A stretch of DNA of 64,000 nucleotides from Bacteroidota bacterium (GTDB lineage Bacteria; Bacteroidota; Ignavibacteria; Kryptoniales; JAKASW01), in assembly GCA_021789975.1 (NCBI GenBank), contig JAJYIT010000001.1:12247-76246 (forward strand), written 5' to 3'. Below are positions 45,887 through 55,480 of the stretch, piece after piece. The notes below the pieces were generated by a model. It was not told where the DNA came from. It saw only the letters and a program-made list of their open reading frames with translations, and ran no database searches. Made by a program: the position numbers and the translations under genes. Numbering within the stretch: position 1 is the stretch's first letter; every line of letters starts with the position of its first letter.

Positions 45887-46252
45887 ATGATGTCACTATT
45901 TTGTAAAACACTTGTGCTAATAGATAATCCCGAGTTGGTTCGGGTAGTCGCCGAGGCGTTCCCTCATCCAAAATATGAGCTGGAATTTGCTGAGAACCTG
46001 GACGACGCTGCGTCCCTGGCTTTTTCAGAGTACGTGGACCTTTTCATTGTTGACTCAGCGAATGCAGAGAGCGAAAAACTTGCTCCCATAAGGAAAGTCC
46101 TGCCCACACTGATTATCGAGCCAGATATTGGTCAGAGTGGAATTGACAAAGATATAAACACAGAAGTCCACCGGTTGAGAGGTGTGGCGCAGAAGCTGCT
46201 ACGCAAGCACTATATCAACTGGATAATCGATACCTTGGAAAACACTAACTAA
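45887..46252 (+). CDS. Stand-alone receiver-like (possibly degenerate CheY-like) protein
   Basis: TLVLIDNPELV...VDLFIVD places acidic residues as in a receiver domain. It lies directly upstream of the histidine kinase. The assignment is weak. Confidence 0.4.
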   Translation: MMSLFCKTLVLIDNPELVRVVAEAFPHPKYELEFAENLDDAASLAFSEYVDLFIVDSANAESEKLAPIRKVLPTLIIEPDIGQSGIDKDINTEVHRLRGVAQKLLRKHYINWIIDTLENTN

Positions 46253-46314
46253 GTGGAGAGCCGTTAAATGGCACCACTTACAGGAGTTCCTGAGGCGGCA
46301 ATGAACGCAAACCT

Positions 46315-48948
46315 ATGAGCGAAACACTACCGTTGATTGCTGCGGTACTTTCGCTCCTATTGACGGCATCATACGGGATACTAAAATATCACCGCGCCGT
46401 CAGAGCAGAGTTGCGGTTCGCGCGGCGGATCAAAACACTCACCGAACTGAAAACCACGAGAGAGTATTCCGTGGAGAAAGTCCTCCGCGGAATACTTGAG
46501 TCATTAATCGGTGCTTATGAGTCTCCGAAAGGAGCACTCGAATTTCACAGCAAATTACACGGCGACTATTCGATAGAAATCAACACCGGATACCGTCTTC
46601 AGGATCAACCCGCAAAAGGCTTGATAGAGGGGTTTCTTCGATCTTATATGAGGTATTCATGTTTTGACAAAGGTAAAGTCGCACTTTCTTTCATTATCGA
46701 TGCAGAAGAATTCTCCTGCTGTGTAGACGTAAAATGCGGTCAAGTGATTTCTCAGAATGAATACCTCTATGTACAGGAACTAATCAAGGAGAAAATTTCG
46801 AGACTACTCCTCTGGAGACTTCACAATGCGGTTACCGCTGTGCTATCGTCCGTCGATACACCTTCGGCAATTTGTGACAGGCAAGGAAACTTTATACTTG
46901 AGAATAGTGCCTTCAAGGGGGCATATCCCGATTCGCTCAAGTCGGATATTGCCACGGCATTCCTGGGCCTCGTGAAACCGGATAGAAACTCTTCCTCGAT
47001 TACTTTCGAGAAACTTCAGAAGCCGATCATTGTCCGAAAAATCGACAATGAGTTGTATTCACTTGTTTCGACTGCCGCGGATCACACCGGCGTTAGAGAA
47101 TCTATCTTTGCAAAAACGCTGGATGAACTTAGCATTGGTATGGTGGAGATTGAGCCGGGGCAAAACGAATTTAGTGGCGAGTTCAGGATTGTCTCGATCA
47201 ATCGGGCATTCCGTGAGATCTTCGGTCTCGAAGGCTCAAATTCTCAATCCGATGAAATAGCGGAGATATTGTCCGTCGCAATCAGAAGCCGCGATTCGGA
47301 CCATCTCGGGTCATATCAGCGTGCTGCCGTCCTGTCTTACATGCGACACGACGGCATAAAGGTTCGTGTGCGTGCGACTATTTCAGAAGGGGAAACGAGC
47401 ATTTTAGTTTTCGAGCCACTCGAGAATTCTCAGATGCTAGTGTTGTCTTACAGGCATGTGTTGGACTCCGCGGGAAAAATGTTTGCGTCGGGGAATCTGA
47501 GGAATTTCTTGATCGCTGTTCAGGAAGCATCGCATTCTGATGGCGTAGCCTTAGTAAAAAAAGACGTTGACGGCAGCCGATTCGAGATTGTTGAGAAGGT
47601 CGGCTTCATGATTGACGTTCCACTCTCCATCTTTCAAGAGACGACGTACCACGACCTTGTAAATTCGCACGGATGCCTGGTTGTCCCCACCAAGCTGGAT
47701 GGCGATGCCTACGGCGGAATTCTTGCTCTGAAGCCGAATGAGGAAGCTACAGACATTATCCTAATGGCTGCGAAACTTCTTGAGGCATTTGAATCTCGCG
47801 AACGGGATAAACACAAGATGCGCGAGCAGCATTTGAAACTTGCTGCTGAGGCCGCCAAAGCCGAAATGGCAAACAATTTGAAGTCACAATTCCTTGCAAA
47901 TATGAGCCATGAAATAAGGATACCGCTCAACTCGATCATCGGTTTTGGAGAAATTCTAAACGAGGAGCACGCATCTCTGACCTCTGATTTGTTCAATGAC
48001 TTCAGTGCGAACATTGTCTCGGCAGGGAAGCACCTCTTAAATCTGATCAATGACATCCTGGATCTGACGAAAGTCGAAACAGGCAATATGCATCTGGATC
48101 CTGAGGACTTTTCGATCAATGAGATGATTGAAAGCGCCCGTCGGACACTTACGCCGCTTCTCAACGACAGATCTGTCCGCTTGGATGTTGAGATTGACAG
48201 TGACCTTGGTATCATGAATGCTGATCCGGTGAAGTTCAAGCAAATCCTCTACAACCTTCTGAGCAACGCCATAAAGTACAGCCCTAAGGGGAATTCCGTA
48301 CGCCTCGTTGCCGCGAAGTCGGGCGACGGAATTGAAATAAAGGTCATTGACAGGGGGTCCGGAATTAAAAAGGATGACCTTGGGAAGTTGTTCAAACCTT
48401 TTTCACAACTGGATTCGAAGCACGGCGGTACTGGTCTCGGTCTCTCTCTTACCAAAAGGCTTGTAGAACTTCATGGAGGGTCCATTTGGATCGACAGTAC
48501 ATACGGTAGTGGTACGACCGTCATAGTGTATTTGCCGTTCGCTCGCCAGGCGCCCGCCCAGATGACTTCTGAAAGCAGAGTCATGGAACCTGAGCACGTT
48601 CTCCCTTTTGTCACCGAAGATGATCAGCTCTTCAACCTGTTCAATACCGTCTTGGATGGAACCGGGTATAAAGCCGAAAAAGTAGACCTGAAATGCGATG
48701 GTGCAGTTGCGAGAGAGAGCGGTTGTGCTGGAGTGCTGGTTATCGACTCGGCTGCCGACTTGGCTGCTGATAGGATCATGCCTTATTGTGAGAACGCCAA
48801 TAGAATACTGCTTTTCGTCAACCATGAAGGTGCCGAATCAACTCCGGATTTCCTGAAGGGTTGTGATTCCAGAATGAGTTTCATCGACAGACGCAATTTC
48901 ACGAAGAGTTCAGTCCTGACTCAGCTAAACATTGCGAGCAACTCCTGA
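46315..48948 (+). CDS. Sensor histidine kinase with N-terminal TM, PAS/GAF-like sensor region, HisKA, HATPase_c and a C-terminal receiver-like extension
   Basis: The H-box is MSHEIRIPLNSIIGF, the N-box LYNLLSNAIKYS and the G-box GGTGLGLSLTKRLVELHGG. Confidence 0.9.
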   Translation: MSETLPLIAAVLSLLLTASYGILKYHRAVRAELRFARRIKTLTELKTTREYSVEKVLRGILESLIGAYESPKGALEFHSKLHGDYSIEINTGYRLQDQPAKGLIEGFLRSYMRYSCFDKGKVALSFIIDAEEFSCCVDVKCGQVISQNEYLYVQELIKEKISRLLLWRLHNAVTAVLSSVDTPSAICDRQGNFILENSAFKGAYPDSLKSDIATAFLGLVKPDRNSSSITFEKLQKPIIVRKIDNELYSLVSTAADHTGVRESIFAKTLDELSIGMVEIEPGQNEFSGEFRIVSINRAFREIFGLEGSNSQSDEIAEILSVAIRSRDSDHLGSYQRAAVLSYMRHDGIKVRVRATISEGETSILVFEPLENSQMLVLSYRHVLDSAGKMFASGNLRNFLIAVQEASHSDGVALVKKDVDGSRFEIVEKVGFMIDVPLSIFQETTYHDLVNSHGCLVVPTKLDGDAYGGILALKPNEEATDIILMAAKLLEAFESRERDKHKMREQHLKLAAEAAKAEMANNLKSQFLANMSHEIRIPLNSIIGFGEILNEEHASLTSDLFNDFSANIVSAGKHLLNLINDILDLTKVETGNMHLDPEDFSINEMIESARRTLTPLLNDRSVRLDVEIDSDLGIMNADPVKFKQILYNLLSNAIKYSPKGNSVRLVAAKSGDGIEIKVIDRGSGIKKDDLGKLFKPFSQLDSKHGGTGLGLSLTKRLVELHGGSIWIDSTYGSGTTVIVYLPFARQAPAQMTSESRVMEPEHVLPFVTEDDQLFNLFNTVLDGTGYKAEKVDLKCDGAVARESGCAGVLVIDSAADLAADRIMPYCENANRILLFVNHEGAESTPDFLKGCDSRMSFIDRRNFTKSSVLTQLNIASNS

Positions 48949-49008
48949 TACAGCGTTGCAGTTGATCGTGCAGGCTGTGCCCCCTCGAGCTGGCGCCGCC
49001 CATTTGTT

Positions 49009-49824
49009 CTAGGGTGGCGCTGGCTCTCCTTTTTTCCCGATCAATCCATCGACTAGCTCGCTTGCGCTGAAGCACGGTTGCGCTGTCCCTAATGCCCTCG
49101 ATAGCCGAAGATAATTTGGAATTCTCAATCCACAATTTCTAATCACCGGTCGTGCGCGGGCGCTGCCAAAGAACGCGTCACGGCTTCCGCAGTATTGAAT
49201 TTGCCCGCGTGAGAGCATAAGAAGGTCATCTGCCCACTGCAGCATAAAGTCCAGATCATGGGTCACAATCACGATGGTTTTTCCAAGCTCCTTAAGTAGC
49301 GAGACGAGTTGGCCAAAGTAATTTTTCTCTCTCATGGACAAACCCGCGGTCGGCTCGTCAAACGCGATTATCGGCGTGTTCATTGCAGCCGTTCCGGCGA
49401 TTGACACCAGTCGTCTCATGGCGTAGTTCATCTCGAACGGATTTTGGCTCAATGCATCTTTGAGGTGGAGCGTTTCCACTAGCGGTAAAAACAGGGAACC
49501 GTCTCGTCCGGTGTTCGATATTCCAAAACGAATTTCCTTCTCCACATTGGATGCAAAGATCTGGTCGTCAGGATTCTGAAAACTCAGTGCACACATTGAG
49601 GCAATCTGGCTCAGCCGATACTCGCTGGTCATTACCTCTCCAAGCCAGATTCTTCCACTAGATGGCTTCAGTATCCCGTTCATTAGTTTTAGAAAGGTAG
49701 ATTTGCCGGAGCCATTGTGTCCGACCAGCAAAGTCGTTCTGCCTGAAGCCAGCCGGCAGGAAATACTTTCCAGCGCATTTGTGGACCCGAAGCTATGGGT
49801 TACCTGCTGGAACTCAATTCTCAT
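49009..49824 (-). CDS. ECF-transporter ATPase subunit (EcfA'-like ABC ATP-binding protein)
   Basis: Walker A is GHNGSGKST. Walker B is IIAFDEPTAGL. The H-loop is VTHD. Confidence 0.85.
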   Translation of the reverse strand: MRIEFQQVTHSFGSTNALESISCRLASGRTTLLVGHNGSGKSTFLKLMNGILKPSSGRIWLGEVMTSEYRLSQIASMCALSFQNPDDQIFASNVEKEIRFGISNTGRDGSLFLPLVETLHLKDALSQNPFEMNYAMRRLVSIAGTAAMNTPIIAFDEPTAGLSMREKNYFGQLVSLLKELGKTIVIVTHDLDFMLQWADDLLMLSRGQIQYCGSRDAFFGSARARPVIRNCGLRIPNYLRLSRALGTAQPCFSASELVDGLIGKKGEPAPP

Positions 49825-50651
49825 TTAAGGCTCATGAGTGTTTCAAGTGCTTGCTTGTAATTGAGAATGTAGCTCTCCTTCACGGTGCTATCTCTAATAA
49901 TCCCGTGTCGTCTTGCCCGCTGAACGCACTTGGTCCAGGCGGGAAGATCGATGTGAGTTTCCGCTTCTTCGGATAAGATTTCTTCGAGCTTTCCATCCGC
50001 AATCTTCGTTCCATCTGCGAGTATTATTATGCGATCTGCAACGCTTAGCGTCAGATAGGGGTCATTTTCGGCGATAATGATCGACATTTTTCCCCTCAGA
50101 TGCGCCAGGACTTCTGATAAGTAATGGACGCTTTCGGGATCCAGCTGGCTAAGCGGCTCATCGAGAATGAGGATCTCGGGACGCTGTGCGAGCGCAGAGG
50201 CAAGGACTACTTTTTGTTTCTCCCCGCCGGATAGCTCAAGCGGATTACGATCTGCCAGATGGGAGATGCGAGTCGCGGTCATTGCCTCTCCCGCTCTTCT
50301 GATGATTTCCTCTCTTTCCATGCCTAGGTTTTCACATCCGAATGCGACTTCTTCAAACACCGTAGTTCTCAAGTAAGAAATTTGCGCATAGAAGTTTTGC
50401 ATTACGATCGCCGTCCGCGGCCCCCCTCCGCTCGGATCACTCTGGCGGTGCAGTCTGCCGGTTGCCGCGGCGGCCGGAAACGAGCCGAGAAGATCTGCTG
50501 CAGCAAGACACAACGTGGACTTGCCGGAGCCGCTCAGTCCACTTACAACAACAGTTTCTTTTCTTTCAATTTGCAGATCGAGATTCTGTAGTGCCGGGAC
50601 GGCCGTGGCCGAGTAGCAGAAAGAGAAATTCTCGAAAGAAATCAGAGCCAT
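49821..50651 (-). CDS. ECF-transporter ATPase subunit (EcfA-like ABC ATP-binding protein)
   Basis: Walker A is GLSGSGKST, the signature LSGGEKQKV and Walker B ILILDEPLSQLD. It overlaps the next gene by 4 nt. Confidence 0.85.
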   Translation of the reverse strand: MALISFENFSFCYSATAVPALQNLDLQIERKETVVVSGLSGSGKSTLCLAAADLLGSFPAAAATGRLHRQSDPSGGGPRTAIVMQNFYAQISYLRTTVFEEVAFGCENLGMEREEIIRRAGEAMTATRISHLADRNPLELSGGEKQKVVLASALAQRPEILILDEPLSQLDPESVHYLSEVLAHLRGKMSIIIAENDPYLTLSVADRIIILADGTKIADGKLEEILSEEAETHIDLPAWTKCVQRARRHGIIRDSTVKESYILNYKQALETLMSLK

Positions 50652-51409
50652 TTAGTTAACCTCAGCAGACCTATCAGAACCACTATGATGAAGATCGATC
50701 TTCCGATTACCATGCCGGATTTAGTTTCCTCTATCACAAGAAGGGATTTAGTGTGTTTTGAGGAAAGCCGCGCAGCTTTGTACTCGGCGAAATGAGCGGC
50801 GCGCAAGGCAATCCCGCGATCGAGACTTTCGGTGATGTAGGAATAAGACAGAGGTACAAGCATTGGAAGAAGATACCTTAAGCGGGACGCTAGGTTCTTC
50901 GTGGCATCCAGTCCTCGTGCGGATTGGGCGATGTATACTCTTTGCAGCTTATCGCGCATAAGGTGTACCATAGCGATAGATAATAAGAAAATGTAAACCA
51001 ATCGTCGATCTGCACCACGAGCTATTAAGTATTGAGAAATAGTTTCCGTCTTCACTGTCGAGAAATACCAGCTGACTGATACGACGATAAGGATGAGCCG
51101 AACTGCCACTCTTGAGGCAAAGAGGATCCCGGCATCCTTGAAACTTATCGGACCAATGGAGAATACGGGTCTTCCCACGAAAAAAATACCGTTGATCAAA
51201 AATCCTATGAGAATGAGCGGGAGAACAAACTTCAGAAATCCACGATAGATGATCTTCCTGTGACGGGATAGAACGGTTGTGATGACAATAATCGCGAGGA
51301 TCGGCAGCTGCCATTCGAGTTTGAAAGCAAAAGCAGCAAGGATTATCGAGAACAATAGGTAGTGGTACAGCGGGTTGTATTTTCGTCGGAAGCTGTCAGG
51401 TGTTGGCAT
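50642..51409 (-). CDS. ecfT: ECF-transporter transmembrane T component (CbiQ/EcfT family)
   Basis: It has about 5-6 TM segments and the conserved coupling-helix motifs ..ARGAD.. and ..AQSARGLD.. (AxRG). Confidence 0.8.
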   Translation of the reverse strand: MPTPDSFRRKYNPLYHYLLFSIILAAFAFKLEWQLPILAIIVITTVLSRHRKIIYRGFLKFVLPLILIGFLINGIFFVGRPVFSIGPISFKDAGILFASRVAVRLILIVVSVSWYFSTVKTETISQYLIARGADRRLVYIFLLSIAMVHLMRDKLQRVYIAQSARGLDATKNLASRLRYLLPMLVPLSYSYITESLDRGIALRAAHFAEYKAARLSSKHTKSLLVIEETKSGMVIGRSIFIIVVLIGLLRLTKWL

Positions 51410-51989
51410 AACCCGGTAGTCTGATCAACACTGAACGCGGAATGCGAGTCAACAGGAAATAGACCACCAGATAGCTTACAGCTTTATCAACCGGATCGGC
51501 GGCGAGCCCCTGCATGAATGCGCTTTGAATGATCGATTTCCCGATGGCACGAAAATAGAGAACAAGGAAATCCGTACCACCCATTGTGACTCCGCCGAAC
51601 ATGAATGCGGCTATTGGAGCGGAAGCTGTGGCGGCAATCAGCCCCTGCACAAGTCCGGCCGGCAGTGCGGTGTACCATCTCTTGAAAACACCGAGCCGGG
51701 CGATCAACCCGGTGTAACCACCGATGACAAGAGCGACCGGGATGAAAAAGAGGAACGTATAGTTGAAGAAGAATCCCAGGGTGAGGTTCGCGAAGAACCC
51801 GGTAAGCATTCCTGCAATCGGGCCTACAATGCACGCGATCATGATTGTCCCGATGGAATCGAGATAAAGCGGCAGCTTAATGAGCTGGACCGCCTGTCCG
51901 ACGACGATGTTGAGTGCAGCACCGAATGCTATCAGCGAGATGGTAGTGGCGTTGACCTCTTTTTCAAACCGGGAAGTGGTGTCAGCCAT
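51396..51989 (-). CDS. ECF-transporter substrate-capture S component; specificity unknown
   Basis: This is a 197-aa, six-TM small integral membrane protein directly upstream of ecfT/ecfA/ecfA', overlapping both neighbours. Confidence 0.7.
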   Translation of the reverse strand: MADTTSRFEKEVNATTISLIAFGAALNIVVGQAVQLIKLPLYLDSIGTIMIACIVGPIAGMLTGFFANLTLGFFFNYTFLFFIPVALVIGGYTGLIARLGVFKRWYTALPAGLVQGLIAATASAPIAAFMFGGVTMGGTDFLVLYFRAIGKSIIQSAFMQGLAADPVDKAVSYLVVYFLLTRIPRSVLIRLPGYANT

Positions 51990-52866
51990 AAAGGCGCGTC
52001 AATGCCGCTTCGAGTCCCGTCAGGCCGGAAACAGGTGAAAAGCTGCCTGCTTCAGTAATGACAGACGAGATCAGTTCGGGTCCGACCATATCGAAATAAA
52101 TGTTCTTAACCTCTATCTGGGGATTTGCATAAATCTCGTGCGGGCTCTCTTCCTTGTTGACGAAATTGACAGCCTTCTTTTCGTTATCGAATTTGAGCAC
52201 GCTTGTTACCGCGTGAAAATTCTTCTTTCCAATCTTGCAGGCAGCCGCAAGGGCAAACGATCCGATTTTATTGACGAGAGTGCCGTCTGAGAGAACGGCG
52301 TCAGCGCCGACGAATGCCGAGTCGATCTTGCCGATGAAGAATCCGATTGACGCGTCTGAAACCAGGATTGCTTCGTGTCCTGCTGACTTGAGTGCGCGTG
52401 CAGTCTGTCTTCCCTCGAATAAAGGTCGCGACTCCATGACGTATACAACAGTATGCTTCCGTTGTGCGGCCGCCTTTTCAAAGGCTTTGATGACAAACTC
52501 GCTCTGGCTCAGTGTCGCGTAAGTCCCTCCGCTCGTTATCAGAGATGACGCCTGTTCTGCCGTTCGTTCCGATGCCTCTCCCACTTTCTGACGCAGTGAG
52601 ATTACGTACCTACCCATTTCTTCTGCGGGCGTCTTTGTGGAAGCCGAGACTATCAGGCGAGCTACGTTGGTGAGAGCTGCCATCTGGGATTGCGCATTTG
52701 ATAGAGTGGCAGCTACTGAATTCAGCTCGGATTTGAAATCCTGATTGGAGGAGTGCTTCTGACAGAAATCGAGAAGGAGGTCAAGCGTATCCTTAAGAAT
52801 CTGTTGCGCGCTCGAAACATTGTCTGTAGCGATCCGATTCGCTCTGTCCAGGTATTCAGTCTTCAT
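51982..52866 (-). CDS. eIF-2B alpha/beta/delta-family protein (sugar-phosphate isomerase-like: MtnA / ribose-1,5-bisphosphate isomerase family)
   Basis: VVYVMESRPLFEGRQTARALKSAGHEAILVSDASIGFFIGKIDSAFVGADAVLSDGTLVNKIGSFALAAACK is the conserved IF-2B C-terminal Rossmann-like core. Confidence 0.8.
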   Translation of the reverse strand: MKTEYLDRANRIATDNVSSAQQILKDTLDLLLDFCQKHSSNQDFKSELNSVAATLSNAQSQMAALTNVARLIVSASTKTPAEEMGRYVISLRQKVGEASERTAEQASSLITSGGTYATLSQSEFVIKAFEKAAAQRKHTVVYVMESRPLFEGRQTARALKSAGHEAILVSDASIGFFIGKIDSAFVGADAVLSDGTLVNKIGSFALAAACKIGKKNFHAVTSVLKFDNEKKAVNFVNKEESPHEIYANPQIEVKNIYFDMVGPELISSVITEAGSFSPVSGLTGLEAALTRLYG

Positions 52867-52939
52867 TTTCTCTCTGATGCTGCGATCGAATTTCGACCGC
52901 GGAATAGTTTAAAGAGCGGGAGAGAAAATTGCAAACAAC

Positions 52940-55279
52940 TCAGAACGCAATTCTTGCACCGATGTTGAAATATCGTGCAGAAAGAAGATTCGGAACTTCT
53001 ATCGGTTGGGTGAACTCCGGCGAAATCGTGTACCATGAATATGATACGATGTTGTTCTTGTTGAATACGTTGAGCACCTCGACATCCAATGTCACACCTC
53101 TTCTTCCGCCCAGAGGAAATTTCACCGTCAATCCCATATCGACCCTGTAACAGAACGGGTATGGGTACACCAGATTGAAATCCGGTACAGTCTGGGTTGT
53201 ATTTCCTGGCCCGTTTACGTTCATCATGGGATGATATAGATATCCTGTGCCGAGCAATATACGGACGTGAGCTTCTGAATTGCGAAACTCGGGCATCGCA
53301 TCCTGCAGGAAGATCCTTATCGTGTGAGTCTGATCGAGGAGACTCCGTTGATAAGGTCCGGTATCTCTCCTGTTTCTGGCAACTAAATAGTCGTACCCGA
53401 TCCATGTGTCCAGCCGCTGCGAAAGTTTTCCTTCGTATTGGAGATCGAAGCCGTAGACATATCCATTATAGTTGTTGGTGTCACCGTAAGTGAGCTGCAA
53501 TTGGTTTGTATAGTAGTAAGGGATCTGTTTGCTGAGATTCTTATAGTAGATCTCAGCCATGAAGTGGGCATCATCTGGATATTTCTTTTCATACCTCAGC
53601 GAGTACTGAATGGCCAACTGCGACCGGAGTCTCTTTGCCTGATCCGGAGTCTTATCCCTTGTTTCGTAGAAGTACGGTGGCTGGTAGTAGTATCCCCATC
53701 CGAAGCTGAACGAGTTTGCAGAGTCCGGTAGGAAAGATAAAGAGGCTCGCGGCGACAGAAGGAACTCTCCGTTGAAAAAATATTTCAGCCCGCGAAGGCC
53801 AGCGTTGACGGCTAGATCAGGTAAAAGAGCGGCTCCTTCCTGTACATATCCGGAGATCGAATTGAATATGAAATTCTGGCTTTGATTTGCAAAATAAGAT
53901 GGTCCTGGGGGCGGAACATAATAGTCAGAATCGTTTAAGACGTTGTTCATGAGTGAATAGCTCAAAGTGATTCCTGCATTCGTGTCATGTGTTCCGTAGT
54001 CTGAATCGAAGTTGGACTTGAGCTCAAGCCGGTCCATGCTGAGACGGTTGTTTGCGAATTCGTATCCGGTCCCAATCTGGGCTACGCCGTTACCGGGATT
54101 GTAGGCGTCAGGCGAGTAGTAAATGTCGTATGATAGGTTCTCATTATATGACTCTCGATCGGAATAGTAAGCCAGCGAAGTCGAAAGGCCGGAGTGCTGA
54201 TCGAAAGGAGTTGTAAGTCTCAACCCGAGAAGGTTGGAGCCGTATCCATAATTATCCGAGCCTGAGAAGTTTAGGTTAATGCGGCGAAAGGCGTTCCACG
54301 CATTCACCGCGAAGTCGCCTGTCCAATCTTCTGGAGTCAGATCAAAAGTATTTCTAGCGGTTATGAAAAGCATTTCCAATTTTGTGTCGTTGGGGAATGC
54401 ATATGTGCCGAGGATCTGGAAATCCGTATACCTCGGGATGTATTTCCCTTTTGTTTGAAGCACCCTTGTGAATGATGAGGGATACGCATAACGAAAGCCT
54501 GCAATCCAGTTCAGCTTGCCTATCCGGTCGTGAAGAGTGATTCCGAGATTGAGGAGGCTGGCATTGACTTCGCCTCCAAGCCCTCGCTCCTGGACTTTCC
54601 TGTAGCCGACAATAAGAACCGACGACATCTTGTCTCCATATTCCGCGGGAAATGTTCCATCATAGAATTTGAGGCCGGCCACCATATCCTGGTTGATCAT
54701 CGATTGACTTTCCTCAATACCCTGCTGGACAAGGTACGGACGATAGATTTCAAACCCGTCGAGGTAAATGAGATTGGCATCGAAGTTTTGTCCGCGAACG
54801 TTGTACGCACTCGACAGCTCGTTGTTGGAACTGACGCCGGGCAGAATAGTCATGCCCTTGAGAATGTCCGAATAAACCGAAGGAATGTTCTGCAAATCCT
54901 TTGGCGGAATGGTGCTCACACCGGGAGGGGCTTGAAATCTATTCGCGTTTATTACCACTTCCTTTGTCACGTATGCACTCTGCAGAAGGTGGATCGACAA
55001 ATAGAGCTGACTTTGATCTTTCTGAATGTTCACTTCTTTTGTCTCTGATTCATACCCGACGTGACTGAACTGAATAGTATATGTTCCCGGCTGTAGCGCC
55101 AAAGAAAAGTCGCCGAGGCTGTCGGTGACTGTGCCGTGATTTGTTTTCAAGAACACTACATTCACCCCCTTTATGGGATGCCTGCTCTGTGAATCTATGA
55201 CCCGTCCTTTTACAAGAACCCTGTTTACCTGCGCTTGCGCCGAAAGCGAAGCGACAATGAGAAGCATGATTGTCTTCAT
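52940..55279 (-). CDS. TonB-dependent outer-membrane receptor with CarboxypepD_reg domain
   Basis: Signal peptide is MKTIMLLIVASLSAQAQ. The CarboxypepD_reg block is VKGRVIDSQSRHPIKGVNVVFLKTNHGTVTDSLGDFSL. The plug reads AYNVRGQNFDANLIYLDGFEIYRPY, and the C-terminus is ...NIGARIAF. Confidence 0.9.
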   Translation of the reverse strand: MKTIMLLIVASLSAQAQVNRVLVKGRVIDSQSRHPIKGVNVVFLKTNHGTVTDSLGDFSLALQPGTYTIQFSHVGYESETKEVNIQKDQSQLYLSIHLLQSAYVTKEVVINANRFQAPPGVSTIPPKDLQNIPSVYSDILKGMTILPGVSSNNELSSAYNVRGQNFDANLIYLDGFEIYRPYLVQQGIEESQSMINQDMVAGLKFYDGTFPAEYGDKMSSVLIVGYRKVQERGLGGEVNASLLNLGITLHDRIGKLNWIAGFRYAYPSSFTRVLQTKGKYIPRYTDFQILGTYAFPNDTKLEMLFITARNTFDLTPEDWTGDFAVNAWNAFRRINLNFSGSDNYGYGSNLLGLRLTTPFDQHSGLSTSLAYYSDRESYNENLSYDIYYSPDAYNPGNGVAQIGTGYEFANNRLSMDRLELKSNFDSDYGTHDTNAGITLSYSLMNNVLNDSDYYVPPPGPSYFANQSQNFIFNSISGYVQEGAALLPDLAVNAGLRGLKYFFNGEFLLSPRASLSFLPDSANSFSFGWGYYYQPPYFYETRDKTPDQAKRLRSQLAIQYSLRYEKKYPDDAHFMAEIYYKNLSKQIPYYYTNQLQLTYGDTNNYNGYVYGFDLQYEGKLSQRLDTWIGYDYLVARNRRDTGPYQRSLLDQTHTIRIFLQDAMPEFRNSEAHVRILLGTGYLYHPMMNVNGPGNTTQTVPDFNLVYPYPFCYRVDMGLTVKFPLGGRRGVTLDVEVLNVFNKNNIVSYSWYTISPEFTQPIEVPNLLSARYFNIGARIAF

Positions 55280-55480
55280 TACTGCTCTGTCTAAAGAGAA
55301 AAGAATTATGGGACTTGTAGCTAAGGAAGGATTAGAATCGTCGCCCTGATTGAATATCCATGCAGAATGGTATCACATTTCTTCCCGGGAGTCAAGGCCC
55401 GACTGTGGAGCATGACCGTATGGAACTAATTCTAACAGTTTCTGTTGGATTTGTTGAAAGAAGACCAACTGCGGAGACCC

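Noticed and set aside
48985-49025. An 11-bp imperfect inverted repeat, gagctggcgcc/ggcgctggctc, lies between the convergent histidine kinase and ECF ATPase genes and could be a bidirectional terminator.
   Set aside because: It needs two G-U pairs, has an 18-nt loop and no U tract. Its 3' arm overlaps the end of the ATPase ORF.
55280-55444. A possible cobalamin or SAM riboswitch in the leader of the TBDR-ECF operon.
   Set aside because: The GGGAA-containing stretch lacks the GCCACTG B12 box, and no SAM-I/II core is visible.
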